Part shown: positions 36,885 through 47,724 of the stretch, piece after piece
Layout of the letters: each line of letters starts with the position of its first letter
Numbering within the stretch: the first letter of the stretch is position 1
DNA from: an uncultured Verrucomicrobiae bacterium
GTDB lineage: Bacteria; Verrucomicrobiota; Verrucomicrobiia; Chthoniobacterales; JAATET01
NCBI GenBank assembly: GCA_963719495.1
Contig: CAVRCI010000004.1
Span: forward strand, 1 to 64,000
Direction: 5' to 3'
Length of the DNA: 64,000 nt
The notes under the pieces: generated by a model
Database searches by the model: none
The model's input: the letters and a program-made list of their open reading frames with translations, nothing else
Told to the model about the DNA's origin: nothing
Made by a program: the position numbers and the translations under genes

Positions 36885-39641
36885 TTAAATTTCGAACGCG
36901 GTTTTGACGAGTTCGGCCTGCTGCTTTTTGTGGACGGCGGTCGAGCCGGTGGCGGGGCTGGCGGCGGCGTTGCGGCCGGCGTATTTGATTCGTTGGTCGA
37001 GGATGCGCTCGAGGTGCGGACGGATGTAGCGGGCGGCTCCCATGTTCTCCGGCTCTTCCTGACACCAAACGACGGTTTTGACGCCGGTGAAATCTTTCAC
37101 GATGCGGGAAATTTCTTCGTCGTAGAGTGGGTAGAGCTGCTCGATGCGGATGAGGAAGGTGGTGGCGGCGTTGGCCGTCTCCTGGTGTTCGAGGAGGTCG
37201 TAGTAGACTTTGCCGGTGCAGAAGATGAGGCGGTCGACCGTTTTCGGCTTTTCGGGCGTCGGGCCGGGCAGGATTTCGCTGAAGTTTGCTTCGGTGAAGT
37301 CCTCGGTGCGGCTGACGGCGCGCTCGTTTCGCAGGAGGCTCTTGGGCGTCATGATGACGAGCGGTTTGCGGTAGTCGCGGTGGATCTGGCGGCGGAGGAC
37401 GTGGAAATACTGGGCCGGGGTCGTGAGGTTGCAGACCTGGATGTTGTCCTCGGCGCAGGATTGGAGGAAGCGTTCGAGGCGGGCGCTGGAGTGCTCGGGT
37501 CCCTGGCCTTCGTAGCCGTGGGGGAGGAGCATGACGATGGAACTCGGGCGGAACCATTTCGCTTCGGCGGAAGTGATGAATTGGTCGATGATGATCTGCG
37601 CGCCGTTGACGAAGTCGCCGAATTGCGCCTCCCAGAGGCAGAGCATCTCGGGGAAGTCCATCGAGTAGCCGTAGTCGAAGCCGAGGACGGCGTATTCGGA
37701 GAGCGGGCTGTTGTAGACGCAGAATTTCGCCTGGTCGTCCGAGATGTGGTTGAGGGGAATGTAGCGCTCGCGGGTCTCTTCGTCGTAGAGGACGCTGAGG
37801 CGCTGGCTGAAGGTGCCGCGGCGACTGTCCTGGCCGGAGAGGCGGACGGGGCTCTTCTCGGCGAGGAGCGAGCCGAAGGCGAGGGCCTCGGCGTAGGACC
37901 AATCGTAGGGACCACCTTCTTCCCAAACCTTGAGGCGGCGGTCGAGGAGGATGCGCTGGAGCTTCTTGAGGACCTTGAAGTCTTCGGGAACGTGGGAGAG
38001 GGCTCGGACGACTCTCTCCAGGGAGTCGGTGGTGATGGCCGTGTCGACGGGGGCGTGCGAGTAGGCGGGCTGGTAGACCGCGGTGGAGCCTCGGAGTTTG
38101 TCCTCCTTGGATTTGGCGCTGCCGTTCTTCTCTTTGACTTCGCTCTGGGCGGCTTCGAGCTCGGAGATCGTCTCGGCTTTGATCTTCTCGATGTCCGCTT
38201 TCGAGATGGTTCCGAGTTTCTCGATTTCGGCGGAGAACTTCTCGCTCAGGAGCGGGTGCGCTTTGATTTTGTTGTAGAGACCGGGCTGGGTGAAGGACGG
38301 TTCGTCGAGTTCGTTGTGGCCGTGGCGTCGGTAGCAGTAGATGTCGACGACGGCGTCGCGGCCGAATTCCTGGCGGAACTCGAGGGCGATGCGGGTGGTC
38401 TCGATGACGGCGAGCGGATCCTCGCCGTTGACGTGGAAGATCGGGGCTTCGACGATCTTGGCGATGTCGGTGCAATACATCGTCGAGCGGCCGTCGGCGG
38501 GGAGGGTGGTAAAGCCGATCTGGTTGTTGACGACGATGTGGACGGTGCCGCCGGTGCTGTAGCCCGGGAGTTGCGACATGTTGAAGACTTCGGCGACGAC
38601 GCCCTGGCCGATGAAGGCGGCGTCGCCGTGCACGAGGACGGGGACGGCTTTTTTCCGCTTGTCGACGTCGCCGAGCAGACGTTGGCGGGCGCGGGCCTTG
38701 CCTTGGACGACGGGGTCGACCGCTTCGAGGTGCGAAGGGTTGGCGGCGAGGTTGATCGAAACTTCGTAGCCGGAGGGGAGGGCGCGGGAATTCTGGTAGC
38801 CGAGGTGGTATTTGACGTCCCCGCTGCCGCCGACGGAATCCGGGACGTAGTTTTCGGAGAATTCGTTGAAAATCGTGGCGAGCGGTTTGTCGAGAAAGTT
38901 GGCGAGGACGTTGAGGCGGCCGCGGTGGGCCATGCCCATGATGATCTCCTGAATGCCGTGGCGCTCGCAATCGTCGAGGATGGCGTCCAGCGCGAGGATG
39001 AGGGCTTCGCCGCCCTCGAGGGAGAATCGCTTGTTGCCTTGGTAGCGGGTGTGGAGGAATTGCTCGAATTCCTCGGCTTCGAGGAGGCGGCGGAGTGCCT
39101 GGCTGTGGACGGCGGGGTCGCTTTGATCCTCGGAGGAGCGGTTCTCGATCTTGTCACGCACCCAATTGCGAACCTTCGGATTCTGGATGTGGATAAATTC
39201 CGTGCCGACGGTGCCGCAGTAGATCGCTTTCAGCTGGGCGATCATTTCGTCGAGCTTCATCTCCTTGCCGTCACGGAAGAAACGGGAGGAGACGGTCGAG
39301 CCGGGGTCGATCTGATCGAGGCCGAGTTCCTTGAGAGTCAGGAGGGGGTTATCGGGGGGGGCGTCGCTGAGCGGGTCGAGGTGGGAGATCGAGTGGCCGA
39401 GCGTGCGGTAGGCGTAGACGAGCGCGTCGACGCGGGTGTCGAGCGAGCCTCCGCTGGTGGGGGGGGCGGAGGCGGCGGTCTTGGGGGCGCCGTTGCGTTC
39501 GATGGGCTTGGCGCAACCGAGTTCGAATCCCTCGAAGAAATTGCCCCATTCGGCGTCGACGGAGTGGGGATTTTCGCGCCAGCGTTCGTAGTTTTCGTCG
39601 ATGAGCGCCTCGTTCCATCGGGCGGTGAATGAACTCTTCAT
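36885..39641 (-). CDS. sucA: 2-oxoglutarate dehydrogenase E1
   Basis: KRFSLEG, GMAHRGRLN, GDVKYHLG, HGDAAF, LWEAQFGDF, LPHGYEGQGPEHSSAR. Confidence 0.97.
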   Translation of the reverse strand: MKSSFTARWNEALIDENYERWRENPHSVDAEWGNFFEGFELGCAKPIERNGAPKTAASAPPTSGGSLDTRVDALVYAYRTLGHSISHLDPLSDAPPDNPLLTLKELGLDQIDPGSTVSSRFFRDGKEMKLDEMIAQLKAIYCGTVGTEFIHIQNPKVRNWVRDKIENRSSEDQSDPAVHSQALRRLLEAEEFEQFLHTRYQGNKRFSLEGGEALILALDAILDDCERHGIQEIIMGMAHRGRLNVLANFLDKPLATIFNEFSENYVPDSVGGSGDVKYHLGYQNSRALPSGYEVSINLAANPSHLEAVDPVVQGKARARQRLLGDVDKRKKAVPVLVHGDAAFIGQGVVAEVFNMSQLPGYSTGGTVHIVVNNQIGFTTLPADGRSTMYCTDIAKIVEAPIFHVNGEDPLAVIETTRIALEFRQEFGRDAVVDIYCYRRHGHNELDEPSFTQPGLYNKIKAHPLLSEKFSAEIEKLGTISKADIEKIKAETISELEAAQSEVKEKNGSAKSKEDKLRGSTAVYQPAYSHAPVDTAITTDSLERVVRALSHVPEDFKVLKKLQRILLDRRLKVWEEGGPYDWSYAEALAFGSLLAEKSPVRLSGQDSRRGTFSQRLSVLYDEETRERYIPLNHISDDQAKFCVYNSPLSEYAVLGFDYGYSMDFPEMLCLWEAQFGDFVNGAQIIIDQFITSAEAKWFRPSSIVMLLPHGYEGQGPEHSSARLERFLQSCAEDNIQVCNLTTPAQYFHVLRRQIHRDYRKPLVIMTPKSLLRNERAVSRTEDFTEANFSEILPGPTPEKPKTVDRLIFCTGKVYYDLLEHQETANAATTFLIRIEQLYPLYDEEISRIVKDFTGVKTVVWCQEEPENMGAARYIRPHLERILDQRIKYAGRNAAASPATGSTAVHKKQQAELVKTAFEI

Positions 39642-39755
39642 GGGTGGCTAGTGGCGCGAATACGGCGGCGGCTTCAGCTTGGTGCGTCGGGGGAGAGTGG
39701 GGCATTCGTCCGAGGACCGCAAGGGGAGTTTGGAGGAATTCCCGGGGGGCGGGGT

Positions 39756-39834
39756 GGTATGAACCGAGGACATGGGTGACAGATTGACCGAGGACGTGGG
39801 TGACAGTTCAGGGTGGTGAATGCCCTGGGAAAAC
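39756..39834 (+). mobile_element. Isolated IS481-family left end (second copy)
   Basis: 76/79 identical to the reverse complement of 21206-21284; includes ATG CCC TGG of the transposase. Confidence 0.85.
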
Positions 39835-40175
39835 AATCGCTGGCGGCGGGAAAACTGCGACATCACGAATGGGTCGCCGAAGAGCTCGAACAGCTCGACG
39901 CTGAGGATGGAATCGTGGATCGGACGTCCGATGTGACGTCGCCCCCAAGTCAGGGTGTCGAATTGGACCTGGCCGCCAAATTTCACGATCGGCTCGAGTG
40001 AATTCACGATCGTCTGAATTGTGTTGGGATCCGTGACTTCCAGGACGACGTCCACGTCAGTCGTGGCGCGGGGAAGGCCAAAGTAATTGAAGGCGACGGC
40101 CCCGGTTAACATGTAAGCAGACTCGCTGCTTTCGCAGGCGTCGATTACGGCATTTGCCAAATCTTCGACCGTCAT
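39829..40175 (-). pseudogene. Nucleotidyltransferase-like protein truncated by the IS481 end
   Basis: YMLTGAVAFNYFGLPRATTDVDVV (G-[AS]…DxD). The ORF tail 39648-39828 is read through IS sequence. Confidence 0.7.
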
Positions 40176-40459
40176 CGTGTCGGCGGTTCCGACGTGTAGA
40201 ACTGATGGTCGCGAGCAATCGACAATCTCAAGGCACGGCGGCGGGCCTCTCGCCAGCCTAACGCGACATCAGTGGTTCCGAGTTGGTGCATTGCTCCCTC
40301 GAGATTTCGCTGCATCACCGAGTTTGTAAGGTCCAATCCCACGTTGAATCTCTTTTCGGGCGTCATCGCCCGAGCTCGGAAGACTTTTTCCCGGTAGATC
40401 GAATCGTGGATCTCCCGGAGGCCCGCGGGTGGCGTCTTGGGATGGGGCGCGTCGTTCAC
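40172..40459 (-). CDS. Small protein coupled to the nucleotidyltransferase (antitoxin-like)
   Basis: 95 aa, YREKVFRARAMTPEKRF motif; 4-bp overlap with the next gene. Confidence 0.6.
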   Translation of the reverse strand: MNDAPHPKTPPAGLREIHDSIYREKVFRARAMTPEKRFNVGLDLTNSVMQRNLEGAMHQLGTTDVALGWREARRRALRLSIARDHQFYTSEPPTR

Positions 40460-40478
40460 GATTGGGAATCGTAGTGAA

Positions 40479-41792
40479 TCAGGTTTCCGGCGGCAAGCTG
40501 GGTGGGGTGACGAGGATTTTGTCGACCCGGAGGCGGTCCATGTCGACGACTTCGAAGTGGTGATCGGCGACGGTGACGATGTCGCCTTCGTTCGGGACCC
40601 GGCCGAGGAGTTCGCAGATGAACCCGCCGACGGTGTCGGAGCGGAGGTCGTCGTCGAGGCTGGCGGCGAGCGCGGGTAGGACGTCGGCGAGTTCGTCGAG
40701 GTCGACGAGGCCGGCGACGAGGTAGGAGCCGTCTTCGCGGCGGTGGACGCGGGTCTCCGTGGTGCGACCGAGTTCGGGGAGGTCGCCGACGATGGCTTCC
40801 GTGAGGTCGTTGAGGGTGACGAGGCCGGAGATGGTGCCGAATTCGTCGGTGACGAGGGCGAATTGCCGGTGGGAACGTTTGAGGTCTTCGAGGAGGTGGG
40901 CGGCGGATTGGAGTTCGGAGACGTAGAGCGGCTCCGTGACGAGGTCGCGGAGGGCGGCGGGGGCCTCGGCGGCGAGGTTGGCGTAGAGGCTCTTGACCGT
41001 GACGATGCCGAGGATGTGGTCGGGCGATCCGTCGCAGACGGGGAAGCGGGAGCGGTGGCTGGCGACGATTTTCCGCCAATTTTCGTCGTGGGTCGCGTCG
41101 GCTTCCAGCCAGGTCATGCTGGGGCGGGGGGTCATGATTTCGCGGACGCGGACGCGGTCGAGGGCGAGAACGCCTTCGACCATGGGGCCTTCGGAGGGGA
41201 GGAAAACTCCGGTGCGCATGCCTTCGCGGACGAGACCGGTGACTTCTTCCTCGGAAACGCCGGAGTCGGCGGTGGGCTTGATGCCGGCGAGCCGGAGAAG
41301 TCCGTCGGTGGAGATGCTGAGGAGCGCGACGATGGGTCGCATGGCGGTGGCCAGCGTGCGCATCGGGCGGGCGGCCGTGCTGGCCAGGGCTTCCGGGTGG
41401 AGGAGTCCGATGCGCTTGGGGACGAGCTCGCCGATGACGAGGGTGAAGAACGTGAGGAGGGCGACGACGACGATGAAGGCGGCTTCGGTGGCGACGGGGG
41501 CCAGAAAGGGAATGGCTTCGAAGCCGGTCGCGAGTTCGGCGGCGAGGGTGGCTCCGCCGAAGGCTCCGGCGAAGATGCCGATGAGGGTGATGCCGATCTG
41601 AACGGTCGAGAGAAATTGGTTTGGGCTTTCCGCGAGAGCGAGAGCGGCGACGGCTCCGGCGTCGCCGGCTTCGGCCCGGGCGCGGAGGCGATTCTTTCGC
41701 GACGAGACGACGGCGATCTCGGTCATCGCGAAGACGCCGTTGAGGACGAGCAGGATGAAAAGCAGCCCGAGCTCGAGGGCGATGGTCGTCAT
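40479..41792 (-). CDS. Hemolysin/CNNM family protein (DUF21 + CBS + CorC_HlyC)
   Basis: NGVFAMTEIAVVS, FLSTVQIGIT, GELVPKR, IMTPR, DEFGTISGLVTLND. Confidence 0.92.
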   Translation of the reverse strand: MTTIALELGLLFILLVLNGVFAMTEIAVVSSRKNRLRARAEAGDAGAVAALALAESPNQFLSTVQIGITLIGIFAGAFGGATLAAELATGFEAIPFLAPVATEAAFIVVVALLTFFTLVIGELVPKRIGLLHPEALASTAARPMRTLATAMRPIVALLSISTDGLLRLAGIKPTADSGVSEEEVTGLVREGMRTGVFLPSEGPMVEGVLALDRVRVREIMTPRPSMTWLEADATHDENWRKIVASHRSRFPVCDGSPDHILGIVTVKSLYANLAAEAPAALRDLVTEPLYVSELQSAAHLLEDLKRSHRQFALVTDEFGTISGLVTLNDLTEAIVGDLPELGRTTETRVHRREDGSYLVAGLVDLDELADVLPALAASLDDDLRSDTVGGFICELLGRVPNEGDIVTVADHHFEVVDMDRLRVDKILVTPPSLPPET

Positions 41793-42139
41793 GGCCGTGG
41801 GGGCGTCCGTGGGGTCGGCGGATCCTTCAACTCGTCGATGATGGTGTGATCCCAGAGGGGCGTTCCCCGGCGGTAGGCGGCGCGCCCGAGGACGTGCGCC
41901 GCGACCGGCGCGGTGATGAAGACGAAGGCGATGGTGAGAATGGCTTTCGTCGTAATGCCGAGATCCTGGAAGTGCAGGCTGGCTCCGGCCAGGAGCAAGG
42001 CAACGCCGAGCGACGCGCCTTTGGTGGAGGCGTGCATGCGGGTGAAGACGTCGGGCATGCGGAGGATGCCGAGGCCCGCGAGAAACATGAGGAAGGTCCC
42101 GAGGGTCAGGAGAATGACGATGGCGGCGGTGAGTGCCAT
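41789..42139 (-). CDS. mnhG: Mrp Na+/H+ antiporter subunit G
   Basis: GILRMPDVFTRMHASTK, TAPVAAHVLGRAAY. Confidence 0.92.
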   Translation of the reverse strand: MALTAAIVILLTLGTFLMFLAGLGILRMPDVFTRMHASTKGASLGVALLLAGASLHFQDLGITTKAILTIAFVFITAPVAAHVLGRAAYRRGTPLWDHTIIDELKDPPTPRTPPRP

Positions 42140-42168
42140 GTTTTTGGTTATTGGTCTTTGGTTGTTGG

Positions 42169-42435
42169 TTATTCGCTGATGCCTCGTTCGAGGCTGAGGG
42201 CGAGGGCGACGGTGCCGAGGAAGGTGATGAGCGCGAGGGCCAGGGCGACGTCGAGGAAGAGGGAAACGCCGGTGGCGATCGCGACGAGCACGAGTGCGCC
42301 CACGGCCATGATGGCCATGGCGTCGAAGGCCAGCACGCGGTCGGGCAGCGTCGGGCCGAGAATCAGGCGGATGAACGCGAGGATCATGCCGACGGAGAGG
42401 AGGGCGGTCAGGATCCAGGCGGTGGTGGTTAGCAT
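42169..42435 (-). CDS. mnhF: Mrp antiporter subunit F
   Basis: RLILGPTLPDRVLAFD. Confidence 0.92.
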   Translation of the reverse strand: MLTTTAWILTALLSVGMILAFIRLILGPTLPDRVLAFDAMAIMAVGALVLVAIATGVSLFLDVALALALITFLGTVALALSLERGISE

Positions 42436-42464
42436 TTTGGATTGCGGATTGCGGATTGGGGGCG

Positions 42465-42935
42465 TTAGCGGAAGACGGCCAGGACCCGGCGTTCGAGGTC
42501 GTGTTTAATGCTGTGGCGGATCTTTTCGGGGTCGGTGATGTACATGGCGTGAACGTAGAGCGTTTTGCGGTCGTCGCTGAGGTCAAGGCTGAGAGTGCCG
42601 GGCGTCATGGTGATGAGGTTGGCGAGAAGGGTGATCTCGAAATCGGTCTTGGCGTCGAGCGGGACGGCGACGATGCCGGGTCTCATGTGGTGGGTGGGCG
42701 TGAGGATGTCGAAGGCGACGGTGAAGTTGGAGTGGAAAAGCTCCCAGGCGTAGTAGGCGACGAAGCCGAGGACGTCATTGGGTTTCCTGAAGTAGCGGAC
42801 GCCGGGTTCGTGTCGGTAGACGAGGGCGAGGGCTCCGTAGCCGAGCAGGAACCCGGACGCGAGCGTCCAGGCGTCGAAGGTGCCGAGGAGTCCGGCCCAG
42901 ACGATGGCGAGAATGAGATTGATGGCGAAAATCAT
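42465..42935 (-). CDS. mnhE: Mrp antiporter subunit E
   Basis: [29 protein letters not shown]. Confidence 0.92.
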   Translation of the reverse strand: MIFAINLILAIVWAGLLGTFDAWTLASGFLLGYGALALVYRHEPGVRYFRKPNDVLGFVAYYAWELFHSNFTVAFDILTPTHHMRPGIVAVPLDAKTDFEITLLANLITMTPGTLSLDLSDDRKTLYVHAMYITDPEKIRHSIKHDLERRVLAVFR

Positions 42936-44446
42936 GGCGCGGCGGGACCGAGGACGGCCTGGACGTATTGGGCGGGATCAAGTAGCTGCGTGGCGGCACG
43001 CATCGCGAAGTCGAAGAAGAACTCCGGCGTGAAACCGATGACGAGCGTGATGGTGGCGAGGGCGGCGACGGGCGTGTAGAGAAGAAATTTGTCCAGCGGG
43101 GAGATGGCGTCGATCACGACGGGCGTCCCGGGTTTTTTCCAAAACGCTTCGGCCCAGATTTTCGTCATGGAGAAGAGGGTGAGGAGACCGACGGCGAGGG
43201 CGATACCGGCCATCACGTAGCCGCCGACGGGGAAGGCGGTGTCCCCGGCGAGAGAGGCTTTGATGAGGGTGAACTTCGCGAAGAATCCGGAGAGCGGCGG
43301 GATGCCGCCGAGGGACATGGCGGGGATGAAAAAGAGGATCGCGAGGAGCGGCGTGGCGGCGTAGAGGCCGCCCATTTTTTTCAGGTAGGCGGTGCCGTTG
43401 TAACGCTGGGCGATGCCGCTGATGAGGAAGAGGTTGGCCTTCACGATGATGTGATGAAAGAGGTAGAAGACGGTCCCGGCGAGGGCGAGCGGGGTGAAGA
43501 GGGCGAGGCCGAGGAGCATGTAGCCGATCTGGCTGACGATGTGGAAGGAGAGGAGTCGGCGGAAATCGAATTGCGCGACGGCCCCGAGGACACCGGTGAC
43601 CATCGTGAATCCGGCGAGGACGAGGAGGAGCGTGTGCGTGTAGTCGAAGTCGCCGGTGAAGATGAGGGTGAAGACGCGGATGAGGGCGTAGACCCCGACT
43701 TTGGTGAGGAGTCCGGCGAAGACGGCGGAGATGGCGACCGGGGTGGTGTGGTAGGACGCGGGGAGCCAGAAGAAGAGTGGGAAAATGCCGGCTTTCACGC
43801 CGAAGGCGACGAGGAAGAGCATCGCGGTGATGGTGAGAAGGGCGGGGTCCATCAGCTCGCCGACGCGCACGCTGAGGTCGGCGAAATTCAGCGTGCCGGT
43901 CTTCGCGTAGAGGATGCCAATGCCGGCGAGGAAGAGGGCGGACGAGACGAGGTTGAGGATGACGTATTTGACCGAACCCTCCATCTGCGGGCGTTCGCCG
44001 CCGAGGGTCATGAGGACGAAGGACGCGATGAGCATGACCTCGAACCAGACGAACATGTTAAAGAGATCGCCGGTGAGAAACGCGCCGCAGATCCCCATCA
44101 TCATGAGGTGCAGGAAGGCGTAGTAGCCGAAGCGCTCGCGTTCGCGGTCGATATCGGCGAGCGAGTAGACGGCGGTCGCGAGGCCGATGACCGCCGACAC
44201 CAGGAGCATGATGGCCGCGAGGAGGTCGGCGACGAGGGTGATGCCGTAGGGCGCGGGCCAATTGCCCAACTGGACGACCTGGATGCCGTCGGAGGAAACG
44301 CGGGCGAGCAGGGTGGCGGCGACGGCGACGAGGGTGGCCATACCGATGACGCCGATGACGCGTTGGGCGACGACGTTTTTCCACGCGAGGATGCACGCGA
44401 GTGCCGCGACGAATGGGGTGAAGACGCAGAGGGTCAGGGCGTCCAT
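42932..44446 (-). CDS. mnhD: Mrp antiporter subunit D
   Basis: [42 protein letters not shown]; start taken at ATG 44446. Confidence 0.92.
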   Translation of the reverse strand: MDALTLCVFTPFVAALACILAWKNVVAQRVIGVIGMATLVAVAATLLARVSSDGIQVVQLGNWPAPYGITLVADLLAAIMLLVSAVIGLATAVYSLADIDRERERFGYYAFLHLMMMGICGAFLTGDLFNMFVWFEVMLIASFVLMTLGGERPQMEGSVKYVILNLVSSALFLAGIGILYAKTGTLNFADLSVRVGELMDPALLTITAMLFLVAFGVKAGIFPLFFWLPASYHTTPVAISAVFAGLLTKVGVYALIRVFTLIFTGDFDYTHTLLLVLAGFTMVTGVLGAVAQFDFRRLLSFHIVSQIGYMLLGLALFTPLALAGTVFYLFHHIIVKANLFLISGIAQRYNGTAYLKKMGGLYAATPLLAILFFIPAMSLGGIPPLSGFFAKFTLIKASLAGDTAFPVGGYVMAGIALAVGLLTLFSMTKIWAEAFWKKPGTPVVIDAISPLDKFLLYTPVAALATITLVIGFTPEFFFDFAMRAATQLLDPAQYVQAVLGPAAP

Positions 44447-44546
44447 CGGAAGGTGATTTTGGACCACGAGGGTGGGGAGACGAGGAAGGGGGGCGCGGAG
44501 TGCGGGTTCTTCCCGGGCTGCCTGATCATCATGGTTGCGGAAATTC

Positions 44547-44891
44547 TCACGTTTCGTCGTTGAGCTCGTTGAGGTCGTCGGTTCCGGTGGTGCGGTAGGC
44601 GCGCTGGGCCATGACGAGGGTGAAGGCGATGACGCCGAAGCCGATGACGATCGCGGTGAGGACGAGGGCTTGTGGGAGCGGGTCGGCCGCGGTGGCGGCG
44701 AGGACTTTCGAACCTTCCGGCACGAAGGCGGGCGCGCCTTTTTTGAGGCCGGCGGCGGTGAAGATGAGGAGATTCGAGGCGTGGCCGATGAAGACGATGC
44801 CGAGGATGATCTTGATGAGATGACGGCGCAGGAGGAGGTACGCGCCGGCGGCGTAGAGGACGCCGACGGTGATGGCGAGGGCGAGTTCCAT
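44547..44891 (-). CDS. mnhC: Mrp antiporter subunit C
   Basis: [18 protein letters not shown]. Confidence 0.92.
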   Translation of the reverse strand: MELALAITVGVLYAAGAYLLLRRHLIKIILGIVFIGHASNLLIFTAAGLKKGAPAFVPEGSKVLAATAADPLPQALVLTAIVIGFGVIAFTLVMAQRAYRTTGTDDLNELNDET

Positions 44892-45322
44892 TACGAGTCG
44901 TCCTCCTCGGCTTCGGCCAGGGTGAAGATGATGACAAGCGTGATGCCGGTGACGACGATGTAGACGCCGACATCGAAGAGGAGGGGGGTGCCGAGCTTGC
45001 CGATGACGGGGATCTCGGTGAGGTCCCAGGCACCGGTCAGGAGGGGGAGGCCGGAGGGGAGGCCGAAGAGGCCGCTGACGAGAGCGATCGCGAGGCCGAC
45101 GCCGATGAGGGTGTGGGGTTCGACGCCGAGAGTTTGGCGGGCGGCGGCGGGGCCGGAGGCGAGGGCTTTGAGCGCGAAAGCGGTCGCTGCGACCAGACCA
45201 CCGGCGAATCCTCCGCCGGGGAGGTTGTGGCCGCGCAGGAGGAGGAACGCGGAGAAGACCAGGAGCAGCCCCATGAGGAGGCGCGTCGTCGTCTCGAGAA
45301 TGACGGAATTTTTGCCGATCAC
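44891..45322 (-). CDS. mnhB: Mrp antiporter subunit B
   Basis: LRGHNLPGGGFAGGL, LFDVGVY. Confidence 0.92.
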   Translation of the reverse strand: MIGKNSVILETTTRLLMGLLLVFSAFLLLRGHNLPGGGFAGGLVAATAFALKALASGPAAARQTLGVEPHTLIGVGLAIALVSGLFGLPSGLPLLTGAWDLTEIPVIGKLGTPLLFDVGVYIVVTGITLVIIFTLAEAEEDDS

Positions 45323-47643
45323 GCGTCCTCCTTTTTCTTACTCTTGAGTCGGAGCATGGCGAAGATGCCGAGGGCGGCGATGGCGAGGACGGTGATCTCG
45401 CCAAGGGTGTCGAGCGCGCGGAAGTCGACGAGGATGACGTTCACGACGTTGCGGCCGTAGGCGGCGGGGTAGCTTTGTTCGCCCATGAACGCGGAGATGC
45501 GCTCCTTCGCCGGGTCGAAGTGGTAGGCGACGAGGACGAGAACGGTCATGAGGGCGCCGAACCCGGTGGCGAGGACGGCGTCGAGGCTCATGACGCGCTT
45601 CGAGGAAAGCGGCTTCATGAGCGGTAATCGGAAGAAGGCGAGAACGAAGAGCACTACGGTGAGCGCCTCGACGAGAATCTGGGTCATCGCGAGATCCGGC
45701 GCGCTGTAGAGGAAGAAGAGCATGGCGATGCCGAGGCCGACGACTCCGAGGGTGACGATGGCCGTGAAGCGGTTCTGCGCGAGACAGGTGGCGATGGCGG
45801 CGGCGATGATGAGGCCGCAGGTGACGAGGCCGAGGACGGACGGGGTGACCATGCCGCTGACGTTGACGGTGAAGGGAGTGAAGGGAAGGCGGACGAGGAG
45901 GAGCGCCGCGGTGAAACCGCCGATGGTGAGGAGGTAATTGCGGAGCGAGCCGCTCTGGAGGATGCGGGTCTGCGTGGCGCTCACCGTGGCGAGGGCTTGG
46001 AGCAGGAATCCGTAGAGACGCTCGGGGCCGACGGCGGCGAAGGCGGCGTAGATCTTCGTCGCCGACCGGAAACGCCCGGAGACGACGGTGAGCAGGATGC
46101 CACCGACGACCGTGACGCCGCTGAGGAGAAGGGCGGTGGAGAAGCCGTGCCAGAGCTTGAGGTCGGGCGGATACGAGGTGGCGGCGACGGCTTGGACGGC
46201 GGGTCCGATGAGGAAATCGCCGGGCCAGCCGGGAAGGATGCCGAATTTGATCGCGGCGAGGCCGAGCACGATTGGGCCAATCCACATCGTCCACGGGGCT
46301 TCGTGGGGTTTCTTCGGCGTCTCGCCGTTGGGTTTACCCCAGAAGGGACGGAGTCCCGCGGTGATCGCGAGGGCGAACATGGCGATGCTCGCGGTCACGC
46401 CGAGGGCCTCCCAGAGGTAACTGGGGCCGTCTGCGGCGAGCAGGGCTTTGTAGAAATATTCCTTGCTGACGAAGCCGAGGAAGAGCGGGATGCCCGCCAT
46501 GGAGAGCGCGCCGACGAGGGCGGCGATCGCCGTGAGCGGCATGGTGCGGCGGAGGCCGCCGAGGAGCTCGACGTCGCGGGAACCGGTCGCGTGGTCGACG
46601 GATCCGGCGGCCATGAAGAGGGCGGCTTTGTAGAGGGCGTGGGCGAGGAGGTAGACGAGGCAGGCCTTGATGGCGAGCTCGGTGCCGAGGCCGAGGAGGA
46701 GGACGAGGGTGCCGAGGACGGCGAGCGTCGAGTAGGCGAGGATTTTTTTCAGGTCGCGTTGGCCGAGGCCGAGGAGAACACCGAGGATCATGGTGATCGC
46801 GCCGACGGGGGCCACGATGGCGAGCCAGAGGCGGTGGTCGTCGAGCACGGGGTGGAGGCGGGCGAGGAGAAAGACGCCGGCTTTGACCATGGTGGCGGAG
46901 TGCAGGAAGGAGCTGACCGGCGCCGGGGCGGCCATGGCGTTCGGGAGCCAGAAGTGAAAGGGGAATTGGGCGGACTTCGTGAACGCACCGAGGAGGATGA
47001 GGATGAGGGTCGCGGGGAAGAGCGGGCTTTCCGTGACGATTTTCGGGTCGATTCGGAGGAGTTCGGAGATCTCGAACGTGCCCGCAATTCGCCCGAGCAG
47101 GATGAGCCCGGCCATGAGGGCGAGGCCGCCGAGGCCGGTGACGAGAAGGGCTTGGAGGGCGGCGGCGCGGGACTCGGGTTTGTCGGCGTAGTAGCCGATG
47201 AGGAGGTAGGACGTGATGCTGGTGAGCTCCCAGAAGACGAGCAGGAGGATGAGATTGTCGGCGGCGACGAGGCCGAGCATCGCGCCCATGAAGGCGAGGA
47301 GGTAGAGGAGAAACCGACCGAGATAGGGGTCCCCGTGCAGGTAGCCGGTCGCATACCAGACGACGAACGTGCCGATGAGTGAGACGATGAGGAGAAAGAG
47401 GAGGCTGAGACCGTCGACGTAAAAGGTGAGCGCCAGATCGAGGGAGGGGACCCAGGGAATGACGAGGCGGTGGGCCTCGCCCGCCATAACGGCGGGGACG
47501 AGCGTGGTGAAGTAGGCGAACGCCGCGAGCGGCACGAGCGCGAGGACGATGCCGACGGCGTCGCCGAAACGGCGATGGAGAAATGGCGCGACGGCTCCCG
47601 CGAGGAAGACGGCTCCTATGGCGATGAGGAGGCCGGTTGGCAT
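45319..47643 (-). CDS. mnhA: Mrp antiporter subunit A
   Basis: FWELTSITSYLLIG, KSAQFPFHFWLPNAMAAP, HSATMVKAG, NVVNVILVDFRALDTLGE. Confidence 0.94.
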   Translation of the reverse strand: MPTGLLIAIGAVFLAGAVAPFLHRRFGDAVGIVLALVPLAAFAYFTTLVPAVMAGEAHRLVIPWVPSLDLALTFYVDGLSLLFLLIVSLIGTFVVWYATGYLHGDPYLGRFLLYLLAFMGAMLGLVAADNLILLLVFWELTSITSYLLIGYYADKPESRAAALQALLVTGLGGLALMAGLILLGRIAGTFEISELLRIDPKIVTESPLFPATLILILLGAFTKSAQFPFHFWLPNAMAAPAPVSSFLHSATMVKAGVFLLARLHPVLDDHRLWLAIVAPVGAITMILGVLLGLGQRDLKKILAYSTLAVLGTLVLLLGLGTELAIKACLVYLLAHALYKAALFMAAGSVDHATGSRDVELLGGLRRTMPLTAIAALVGALSMAGIPLFLGFVSKEYFYKALLAADGPSYLWEALGVTASIAMFALAITAGLRPFWGKPNGETPKKPHEAPWTMWIGPIVLGLAAIKFGILPGWPGDFLIGPAVQAVAATSYPPDLKLWHGFSTALLLSGVTVVGGILLTVVSGRFRSATKIYAAFAAVGPERLYGFLLQALATVSATQTRILQSGSLRNYLLTIGGFTAALLLVRLPFTPFTVNVSGMVTPSVLGLVTCGLIIAAAIATCLAQNRFTAIVTLGVVGLGIAMLFFLYSAPDLAMTQILVEALTVVLFVLAFFRLPLMKPLSSKRVMSLDAVLATGFGALMTVLVLVAYHFDPAKERISAFMGEQSYPAAYGRNVVNVILVDFRALDTLGEITVLAIAALGIFAMLRLKSKKKEDA

Positions 47644-47724
47644 GGGGTCAGGGTGAAAAGGAATGAAACTTTGCTTTTGGGTTGGGTCGGCGATTGCAAA
47701 TCGCCGCTCCTCGAGCGCCGACCG

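Noticed and set aside
31180..39632. Long plus-strand ORFs (1083 aa and 1052 aa)
   Set aside because: Antisense shadows of well-supported minus-strand genes, expected in high-GC DNA.
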